Below are positions 41,736-49,905 of a stretch of DNA of 64,000 nucleotides, piece by piece. The DNA comes from Marinicella sp. (GTDB taxonomy: Bacteria > Pseudomonadota > Gammaproteobacteria > Xanthomonadales > Marinicellaceae). The position numbers were made by a program, and so were the translations under genes. Under the pieces are notes generated by a model. The model made no database searches, had not been told where the DNA came from, and was given only the letters and a program-made list of their open reading frames with translations. The stretch covers positions 3,808,001-3,872,000 of the forward strand of contig OZ246001.1 in assembly GCA_965230295.1 (NCBI GenBank), given 5' to 3'. Every line of letters starts with the position of its first letter. Position 1 is the stretch's first letter.

Positions 41736-43343
41736 ATGAAACCTCAAAAACAACTTTACTGGGCGTTGCTTACGTCTGTATTTTTTAACAACACATCACA
41801 CGCTGGCTTTGATGCCGAATTGAGCTTGAGCGAAATTGAGGGCCTGAACGGCATCGTTGTTCAAGGAGAAAACCCCCATGATATTGCTGGGTTTTCGGTC
41901 AGTCATGCGGGTGACCTCAATGGCGATGAAATTGATGATTTCGTTATTGGTGCTTATGGCGTAGATGAAGGGATTGCCCAGAATGCGGGTCGCAGCTATG
42001 TGGTGTTTGGTTCTGCCTCAGGTTTACCCAGCCCATTGAATCTCTCTACTTTGGATGGCAATAATGGTTTTACCATTCACAGTTCAGCCACCAATGGGGG
42101 CTTTGGTCATTCAGTCAGTCATGCTGGTGATGTGAATCACGATGGATTGGATGATTTAATCATAGGCGCACCTTACTCCAATGTGACCACAATATTCCAA
42201 ACTGGGGCGGCGTACGTGATTTTTGGCCAAGACGAAGGCTTTGACAATGTCATAAATGTTGAAGATTTGAATGGCGATAACGGCTTTGCTATTTTTGGTA
42301 ATCAACAACAGAGTACTTTAGGTTTTTCAGTTTCATCGGCAGGTGACATCAATGATGATGGCATTGATGATGTCATTATCAGTGCACCAAAGACCGATAA
42401 CAATGGTGTCAATGATTCAGGTGCCGCATATGTGATTTTTGGAGATGACTCTGGATTTCCTCACTCTCTTTCCATCTCTGCTTTAAACGGTCTGAACGGA
42501 TTTGAAATTCGTGGTTTTCCATTTCAGTTTAATGGCCCTGAATTAAAAGTAAGTTCGGCAGGAGATGTCAATCACGATAACATCAATGACGTTGTTATTG
42601 GAGGCCCCAGAGTTGGGATAGATGGGCAGGAAGAAGCTGGTGTCGCTGTGGTGGTCTATGGACAATCAACACGCTTTCCTAATCCTGTGCAGATGTCAGA
42701 GATAGATGGTGATAATGGCGTGCATATTTATGGCATTGCTGCATTTGATCAAACCGGTTACAGCGTCAGTGAAGCCGGTGATGTCAATGCCGATGGCATA
42801 GATGACCTGATCATTGGGGCCAGAAGAACTGATTTTAATGTCACCAATACTGGATCGGCATACGTGGTTTATGGTCAATCATCAGGGCTTGCGCATCCTC
42901 TGGATTTAAACGACATCAATGGACTCAACGGCTTTCGCATAGATGGAAACTTATTAGGTGCTGAATTAGGCACTTCTGTCCATTCAGCCGGTGATATCAA
43001 TCATGATGGTATAAACGATCTGGTTGTGGGCGCACCAGACGATTTAGTACCAGATACAAATGCAGCAGGTAAAAGTTATGTGATATATGGCTCTGATCAG
43101 GGCATTGGACATCCCATTAATGTGGCGGCTTTGGATGGCAACAATGGCTTTGCCATCGCAGGTTCGGATGACAATGGGAAATCAGGGCAGGCTGTCAGCC
43201 AGGCTGGTGATGTGAACAACGATGGCATCAGCGACTTCATCATAAGTGCCCATTTAGCTGGTGCCAATGGCATAAATGCAGCAGGAAAAACTTATGTGGT
43301 TTATGGCCGTGAAAAGCCTTTGTTTAAAGGTGGTTTTGAATGA
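41736..43343 (+). CDS. Secreted FG-GAP propeller protein, 7 repeats
   Basis: RBS AGGAGG; signal ending SHA; 7 repeats; tail KPLFKGGFE. Confidence 0.93.
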   Translation: MKPQKQLYWALLTSVFFNNTSHAGFDAELSLSEIEGLNGIVVQGENPHDIAGFSVSHAGDLNGDEIDDFVIGAYGVDEGIAQNAGRSYVVFGSASGLPSPLNLSTLDGNNGFTIHSSATNGGFGHSVSHAGDVNHDGLDDLIIGAPYSNVTTIFQTGAAYVIFGQDEGFDNVINVEDLNGDNGFAIFGNQQQSTLGFSVSSAGDINDDGIDDVIISAPKTDNNGVNDSGAAYVIFGDDSGFPHSLSISALNGLNGFEIRGFPFQFNGPELKVSSAGDVNHDNINDVVIGGPRVGIDGQEEAGVAVVVYGQSTRFPNPVQMSEIDGDNGVHIYGIAAFDQTGYSVSEAGDVNADGIDDLIIGARRTDFNVTNTGSAYVVYGQSSGLAHPLDLNDINGLNGFRIDGNLLGAELGTSVHSAGDINHDGINDLVVGAPDDLVPDTNAAGKSYVIYGSDQGIGHPINVAALDGNNGFAIAGSDDNGKSGQAVSQAGDVNNDGISDFIISAHLAGANGINAAGKTYVVYGREKPLFKGGFE

Positions 43344-43362
43344 TGGTCAAACTTTGAGTCCA

Positions 43363-43432
43363 GTGTTTGTTTTGAACGACTTGCTTTTTCCCACCTCATT
43401 TAGCAAGTTCAGTAGGAATAGGCACATTTTTT
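43363..43432 (+). repeat. 3' hairpin element
   Basis: gtgtttgtt/aataggcac outer stem, gacttgct/agcaagtt inner stem, loop ttttcccacctca, T-tract. Confidence 0.55.
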
Positions 43433-43472
43433 AAATCTTTTCTTTTAAAATCAATGCAGATTCAGGGATAAC

Positions 43473-43829
43473 ATGATGAATTCAAAAAATATTAACTATG
43501 CGTTCAGCTTGATGTTGCTGCTGTTGGCTTTCAAGTCACTGGCTGAATCAACCACCATCGAAATTCCTGCCGAATTTCACCCAAACAATGAAGCGCTCAT
43601 CTCTGTGGTCAATGTGAATGTGCCCTTAAACGCTACGACAGCCCAGCCTGTCCCTGCTTGTATTATTGTTCATGGCTCTGGCGGGTTGTTTTCTGAAGGT
43701 GAAGTTGGCGAAGCATGTGATACTTCTCCCCATAATATGAGTGGCAATTTCGCTGATTTAATGGCTGTTTTCGAAGAATTAGGCGTGGCAACGATTGCCC
43801 CATCCAAAGAAAAAAATAGGCTGAATTAA
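43473..43829 (+). pseudogene. 3'-truncated secreted alpha/beta hydrolase (paralog of 13154 gene)
   Basis: VPACIIVHGSGGLFSEGEVGEACD matches; homology stops at IAPS (about 43806). Confidence 0.8.
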
Positions 43830-44038
43830 TTTTAGATATCTCTTATGGATAGAAATGCATTTTGATTTACTCTCAATTATTAAATCAGGATTAAATCAGG
43901 ATTTAATAATTTAAATTCTTCATTTGAATGGAATAATACAGCCATAAATAAGTATTTTGGGTTTGAGTAAAAAAGAAATAAGCTGTATAGTTAAACTTGA
44001 GATCAAGTCTTAACGACAACAATAAACTGAATAATCAA

Positions 44039-44539
44039 ATGAACATGTTAAAAATAATTGTGACAATTACAACTCTTGTTTTATCATCAATAAGTAAGGG
44101 AGATTCCAAAGAAAGTTGTGAAGATTTATATTCAAAAAGTCTTGAAACAGACTTATACCTAACTTACGAATTATTTGATCAAACTCCAGCAAATGGATTT
44201 CGAAAACTTGCGGGTCAATGTCCAGGCGAAGCTGTTAAATTAATAAAAAACTATATTATCATTAACGAAGCAAAAGAAAGCTCCTTGAGATGGCATATTG
44301 CTCAACTGGAAGGAATGATGGGCAATTATCAGGAGGCTATTATCTTTGCAAATACTGTTCTTACTGAACAAAATACTGGACAGTTTAAATGGAATGATTT
44401 TGTTGAGGGTAAAATTGCATATTGGAAACAAGATTTCGAAACCTTAAAAGATAAGATTAAGATTCTTGAAAGTAATTTGGATCATCGGGGGAACAAGATG
44501 AATGTTGAAATTCTGAAAGGGCATCTTGCTGAAGAGTAA
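44039..44539 (+). CDS. Hypothetical secreted helical (TPR-like) protein
   Basis: Signal-like N-terminus; LRWHIAQLEGMMGNYQEAI helix pair. Confidence 0.6.
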   Translation: MNMLKIIVTITTLVLSSISKGDSKESCEDLYSKSLETDLYLTYELFDQTPANGFRKLAGQCPGEAVKLIKNYIIINEAKESSLRWHIAQLEGMMGNYQEAIIFANTVLTEQNTGQFKWNDFVEGKIAYWKQDFETLKDKIKILESNLDHRGNKMNVEILKGHLAEE

Positions 44540-44614
44540 ATCAATCTAAATATATAGATTTCGTAATGAAAGTAATCTTTGCATCAATAAAATTCAATAT
44601 AACTGATTGAGTCT

Positions 44615-47146
44615 ATGCACAAAGCTTTCAATGCTCTTTTAGTGCTTTTGTCTCTGTACTTATTATCTGGTGAAACAAAGTCACAGATTCTTGCTGAGTA
44701 TTTAAATAACTTTTCGAAAAACATAATACTTCAGTGTGATTCTGAAAAAAACAAGAATATAGTTCAGGAAAATTCTAACGTTGTTGGTGAATATGTCTTT
44801 CAAGAGTTTAGTTCACCATCACCATATCTTGGCAAAGAAAGCATGGATGTCTCTCATGAACTTGTTTGGACTGAGACAATTCACTCATCTGATGCCTCAT
44901 ACATTTCACCTTACTTTAGTCAATACGATATTAAGCCAGAAGACTTCTTTGTTTTAAGATCACCAGATCACACAAGATCTTGGACATATGATTTTGAAGA
45001 GTTAGCTAGTTTTAATGGCAAGGGTTTTTGGGGCATACCAATTCATGGTGATACTGCAATCGTTGAATTATATGCAGGTACAAAACAAGGTTCTGGCGGT
45101 ATAACTATTGGTAAGTTTGCAAAAGGCTTTCCTAAAGATATAGAAAAAACCCAATTCAGATCAATTTGTGGCACAGATGACAGTGAAGAAGCCGTATGTT
45201 ATCAATCAACAGAGCCAACTGTCTATGAAAAATCTCTTGCCGTTGTAAGGCTCAATATTGGTGGTGTCATAGCATGTACAGGTTGGCTCGTAGGCAATGA
45301 AGGACATGTCATTACAAATGAACATTGTATAAGCGTTCAAGCAGCTGCAGAAGTTACTTCAATTGAGTTTTTAGCTGAGGGAGCTGAGTGTTCAGATGAC
45401 TGTACATATCCATTTGGCTGTCCAGGAATCATTGAAGCAGCTTCATCACAAGTAGTAAAAATGAATGCTGATTTAGATTATGTTTTGCTCAAACCCAATA
45501 ACCCAATTAACGACCTTCCCTCGACCTATGGCTATTTACAAATGAGGGAAACCGGTGCAGAAATAAATGAACAAATATATATTCCACAACACCCTCGAGC
45601 TTGGGGCAAAAGGATTGCTTATTTTTCAACTGATACAGCTTCAGGCTTAGGAGAAGTTCACAGTTTGAACATGCCACCATGCTCCTTGGTAGGAAGCGAT
45701 GTTGGATATCTATTAGATACACAAGGTGGTTCTTCAGGGTCTCCGGTGATTTCATACGACGACCATAAAGTAGTCGCTCTTCATCATTGTGGAATATGCC
45801 CAAATCGAGGGGTTCCTATAGAAAGTATCATTGATGACTTGGGAGACGATTTACCCAATTCTGCTCTATGCGACTCACCAGAACCACCATTAAATCTAGC
45901 GGCTCAACAAAAGAATGACAATGAAATTCAGCTGACTTGGAGTCATGGTGTTGGTGCAGATTCTTACGACATATACAGATCAGTTGGTATGTGTACACAT
46001 CAATCTTTGGATTATCAACTTATTGCTTCAAAAGTGGTTGGAACCTCATTTATTGATACAACTGTCTCAGGAAATACCACATATTCTTATAAATTGAAAT
46101 CACACAATCAAACTGTTCAATGTGATTCTTTATTCACTGAATGCTCATATGCAACAGCAACAGGGTTATGTACCATGGCCCCAACTTTTGATGGTTTGGA
46201 AACGATATCCTCATCACAATCACCAATTTGTAAAACCTCTTTACAGTGGTCACAAGCGGATCAAAATTGTGGAACTAACATCAGTTACAACATTTACAGG
46301 GATACTGTTGATGATTTCCAACCATCAGTGCAAAATTTAATTTCTGCTTGTGTGGATGGTTTATCATTTAATGACTTTGACCTTCAAAGTGATGCTACAT
46401 ATTATTATTCAGTACAAGCAGAAGACAACAGTGGTAATGGATCAGGGTTGTGTGGTTTTGGTAATGAAAACACGAGCCTCACCCAATCAGGTATTAGACC
46501 AATGGGCCCTAATTCGGTTGTATTTTTTGATGAAGTTCCATCAAGCCAACCCAACGATGCATGGATCGCTGTTAATGGTTCAGGGGATGATGGATCTACC
46601 CATAATTGGTCAATCACTGATTCCCGCTCATTTTCTCCACCTTATTCTTGGTTCATTCAAGAATATTCAGGTAACAAAGAAAAGTTGTTAATTTACAATA
46701 ATTCGCTAAGTGTAAACAATGAGTTTTATATGCTTGAGTTTAACCAGTTTATGGGGCTTGAAAGACTTAAAAGTGGAGCTGTTTTAGAATACTCAACAGA
46801 CAATGGGGCTACTTGGTATGACATACTTAGAGGGAATGGAGTAACTGTGCCCGACAATTCAAGTCGTATTGAACAAACAGGTTATAATGAAAATCCTTTA
46901 ATTGGTGATGGTGTATTAGCTGGTAGATTAGCATGGACTGGTAACACTTACGACGGCTGGCAAAATGTAAAAGTCTCCTTAGCTGATTTTGATGGAACTG
47001 ACATCAAACTCAGATGGCGATATGGTTCTGATTCGAGTGGCAATAACTATGGGTGGTATGTAGATGATGTCAAAATTTACTCTACATCTTCATGTATAAA
47101 CATAGCAGATGACTTAATTTTCATTAACGGATTTGGAGAAGTTTAA
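44615..47146 (+). CDS. Secreted trypsin-like (S1, lysyl-endopeptidase-like) serine protease with FN3 and jelly-roll domains
   Basis: SICGTDD, CTGWLV, TNEHC, LDY, DTQGGSSGSPV triad; two FN3-like repeats; GWYVDDVKI; tail DDLIFINGFGEV. Confidence 0.9.
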   Translation: MHKAFNALLVLLSLYLLSGETKSQILAEYLNNFSKNIILQCDSEKNKNIVQENSNVVGEYVFQEFSSPSPYLGKESMDVSHELVWTETIHSSDASYISPYFSQYDIKPEDFFVLRSPDHTRSWTYDFEELASFNGKGFWGIPIHGDTAIVELYAGTKQGSGGITIGKFAKGFPKDIEKTQFRSICGTDDSEEAVCYQSTEPTVYEKSLAVVRLNIGGVIACTGWLVGNEGHVITNEHCISVQAAAEVTSIEFLAEGAECSDDCTYPFGCPGIIEAASSQVVKMNADLDYVLLKPNNPINDLPSTYGYLQMRETGAEINEQIYIPQHPRAWGKRIAYFSTDTASGLGEVHSLNMPPCSLVGSDVGYLLDTQGGSSGSPVISYDDHKVVALHHCGICPNRGVPIESIIDDLGDDLPNSALCDSPEPPLNLAAQQKNDNEIQLTWSHGVGADSYDIYRSVGMCTHQSLDYQLIASKVVGTSFIDTTVSGNTTYSYKLKSHNQTVQCDSLFTECSYATATGLCTMAPTFDGLETISSSQSPICKTSLQWSQADQNCGTNISYNIYRDTVDDFQPSVQNLISACVDGLSFNDFDLQSDATYYYSVQAEDNSGNGSGLCGFGNENTSLTQSGIRPMGPNSVVFFDEVPSSQPNDAWIAVNGSGDDGSTHNWSITDSRSFSPPYSWFIQEYSGNKEKLLIYNNSLSVNNEFYMLEFNQFMGLERLKSGAVLEYSTDNGATWYDILRGNGVTVPDNSSRIEQTGYNENPLIGDGVLAGRLAWTGNTYDGWQNVKVSLADFDGTDIKLRWRYGSDSSGNNYGWYVDDVKIYSTSSCINIADDLIFINGFGEV

Positions 47147-47316
47147 TAAAAGTTGGCGGTTTACGTAGCTATGTGGTCACTGGGCCCTTATGGAGGTTTG
47201 ATACCCAAATTAGCCCGAATTTAGTCAATCACCCAAGAGTTGACTCAGAAAAACAAATTATCTCAATAGCTTACGTGGGTTTCATGTCCATTTTTGGTTA
47301 AATCTGGCACATCACC

Positions 47317-47913
47317 CTAAATTTGAATTCGAGGTTCCCAACGATGTGATTTATAGTGTCTGTAGCTTTCAAGAAGAGTAAAGTTGTTATTTTCTTTACT
47401 TAATAAGTTTAATGCTTTTAGATATTCATTTTGATTTGAGAAATTGAAGCCAAAGTTTTGAGGTGATTATAATCTTTTGACGACTTCTAAATATGTTAAT
47501 ACTTCTTGTTTATTATTTGGATTGAATGAATGAAAATTTGACCATACAAGTAAGCTGATTTTTTCTCTCATTAAATAAAGATTCAAAATACAAGCATCAG
47601 CATAAAAACTTACTGGTCCATATGTTTGTGAATGTGCTTGACCATCAGTAGTAACTTCTTTATATGCCAACGAGTGTGACTTCATTTTTGTGAAGCCATA
47701 AACAAGTTGATCTGCCAAATGTTTAATGTCATTTGCCCAATGGAATGTATTGAACTTCCAATGACTGTTTTGATTTTTATAAAATTTAGTTCTTAAAATA
47801 TTAAATTCAATATCTAGCTGATTAATTTCTACATGCTTACACACATCATCAGTAAGAGAGTGATAAATGTTATCCGCATTGTCAAACACGTCTTTATTCG
47901 TTAAGTTTGTCAT
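47317..47913 (-). pseudogene. HEPN-domain (Cthe_2314-like) gene interrupted by nonsense codon
   Basis: Reading through TAA at 47467 continues in frame to ...LLESYRHYKSHRWEPRIQI, containing an Rx4H motif (47344-47361). Confidence 0.55.
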
Positions 47914-48021
47914 GAAACTACCAAGTTCATAGAAACTATAGATTTTACAATTAAATTATGCTCATGTATTAAAGTTAAAAAAAATCAAATTTGCGTACAT
48001 TTCATAATTTAATTTAACTGG

Positions 48022-48102
48022 TGTTTTAGTTTAGTGGGTTAGTTGTAACTTTAGTGGGTTAGTTGTGAAAAGTTTAGTGGTTTAGTTGTGCCTCCAAAAA
48101 CA
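48022..48102. repeat. Three 17-bp direct repeats (TTTAGTGGKTTAGTTGT) bounded by TGTTTT...AAAACA
   Basis: Repeats at 48030, 48050, 48073; TGG on both outer flanks. Confidence 0.8.
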
Positions 48103-48132
48103 TGGAATAGGTTTGTTAAATGATTAATTAAA

Positions 48133-48160
48133 TATACGCATAATATATATTATGTTAAAT
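48133..48160 (+). other. dif: XerCD dif site
   Basis: TATACGCATAA-TATATA-TTATGTTAAAT: perfect XerD arm, near-consensus XerC arm, 6-bp spacer, in an AT-rich intergenic region. Confidence 0.9.
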
Positions 48161-48336
48161 AATACATTAATATGTAAATACTAGAGTTGAGAAAATAATA
48201 TTATATATATTTATTTATCAATAATTTAACTATACTTTATAAAGTATATACTCATATACTCATTCATATATTGGTAAATAGAAAATCGGGAGTCTACGAT
48301 AATGGTGATTGATCTGTGTAATTCGTAGAATTTTAA

Positions 48337-48774
48337 TTATTTAAGCCTCACCACCAAAGTGTCACAAGGCGCACCATGAATGATGCTGGACGCTGTGGAT
48401 CCGAGTAACAAGCCAATACCATGCCTGCCATGGGAACCAGAAATAATCAAATCGCTGTCATTTTCGGCGGCATATTTTCTGATTTCTTTGGCGGGACTGC
48501 CAATAACTATGTGAACATGATCTTCTGAAACGCCATATTTTTCAGCGATGGCCATCATGGCGGCCTCAGCTTCTTCTTTGTCTTTACTGTGGATACCTGG
48601 AAGATCAGGTGAAGGCGGTGCCAATGAAGCACTGGGGAAAATCATCAAAACGTCCATCACATGGATCAAGTGAAATTCAGTATCGGCCTGTTTAAGTGTC
48701 ATGGCTTGATCCATGATTTGGCTGCAATCGATGAACGGGTCCAAAGCCACTGTGATTTTATTATAGTTTGACAT
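48337..48774 (-). CDS. Universal stress protein (UspA family)
   Basis: YNKITVALD, LIHV, GSPAKEI, DLIISGSHGRHG...LLGSTA...APCDTLVV. Confidence 0.92.
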   Translation of the reverse strand: MSNYNKITVALDPFIDCSQIMDQAMTLKQADTEFHLIHVMDVLMIFPSASLAPPSPDLPGIHSKDKEEAEAAMMAIAEKYGVSEDHVHIVIGSPAKEIRKYAAENDSDLIISGSHGRHGIGLLLGSTASSIIHGAPCDTLVVRLK

Positions 48775-48931
48775 GATAAATACCATCAAATTAATGAATA
48801 AAATATCACAACACAAGCTCACCGTTATTGATAAAAGTCAAGAAGGGCACCAGAATGACCGCCCTATTTCACAACCTTTGTCAGATTGTATATCAGTAAC
48901 AAATCACTTAATATGAAATTTTTGACCATCA

Positions 48932-49831
48932 ATGCTTATGAAACATGTCAGAACCCCAGATGACCGATTTGCAAACCTGAAAGATTATCTTTTTAATCCG
49001 CATTACACTGAAGTGGCTGGTTTAAGGATGCATTATGTTGATGAAGGCGATCAGTCAGCTGATCCTGTTTTGATGTTACATGGTGAGCCCAGTTGGTCCT
49101 ATTTATACCGAAAGATGATACCCGTTTGTGCTGATGCAGGGCATCGTGTACTGGCACCAGATTTAATCGGTTTTGGTAAATCAGACAAACCCACCCGATT
49201 CAAAGATTACAGCTATGCAGCTCACTTGGCATGGTTACAAGCTTTCATGGATCAACTGTCTCTCAACAACATCACTTTGGTGTGTCAGGATTGGGGCTCT
49301 TTGTTGGGTTTGCGACTGGTCACTGCCAATCCAGATCGATTCAAGGCGGTGGTTGTAGGCAATGGCTTTTTACCATCTGGCGATCAACCTATACCCAAAG
49401 CTTTTAAACTGTGGAGAATGTTTGCTAAATACAGCCCCTGGTTTCCAATTGGCAAAATTGTCAGCTATGGCTGTCTCAGTGAACTGAGCGAAGGTGAAGT
49501 CTATGCCTATGATGCACCCTTCCCTGGTCGCAAATACAAAGCAGGTACCCGGGCATTCCCTAAATTAGTACCCACAGAATATGATGCGCCAGAGGCCATC
49601 AACAACCGCGCTGCCTGGAATATACTTGAACAATGGAACAAACCATTTCTGACCACATTCAGCAACAAAGATCCGATCATGCGTGGTGGAGAAAAATATT
49701 TACAGGAACGGGTTCCTGGTGCCAAAGATTTACCCCATGTAATTTTAAAAGGTGGTCACTTTTTGCAGGAAGACTCACCCATAGAGTTTGCACAAGCCGT
49801 GAATGAATTACTGTCGGCTATTAAAGACTGA
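48932..49831 (+). CDS. Haloalkane dehalogenase
   Basis: RTPDDRF, LHGEPSWSYLYRKMI, QDWG nucleophile, GGHFLQED. Confidence 0.92.
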   Translation: MLMKHVRTPDDRFANLKDYLFNPHYTEVAGLRMHYVDEGDQSADPVLMLHGEPSWSYLYRKMIPVCADAGHRVLAPDLIGFGKSDKPTRFKDYSYAAHLAWLQAFMDQLSLNNITLVCQDWGSLLGLRLVTANPDRFKAVVVGNGFLPSGDQPIPKAFKLWRMFAKYSPWFPIGKIVSYGCLSELSEGEVYAYDAPFPGRKYKAGTRAFPKLVPTEYDAPEAINNRAAWNILEQWNKPFLTTFSNKDPIMRGGEKYLQERVPGAKDLPHVILKGGHFLQEDSPIEFAQAVNELLSAIKD

Positions 49832-49860
49832 TTCCACCATCACCAAAATTGTAAAATAAA

Positions 49861-49886
49861 AAAGGCAGGGGTTATTCCCTGCCTTT
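49861..49886. terminator. Bidirectional intrinsic terminator
   Basis: aaaggcaggg/ccctgccttt stem between convergent genes, A-tract on the left. Confidence 0.8.
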
Positions 49887-49905
49887 GATTCCAAGCTTTT
49901 TTCGA

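Noticed and set aside
1-43343. Diversity-generating retroelement acting on the FG-GAP repeats
   Set aside because: No reverse transcriptase seen, and differences between near-identical segments are not obviously adenine-specific.
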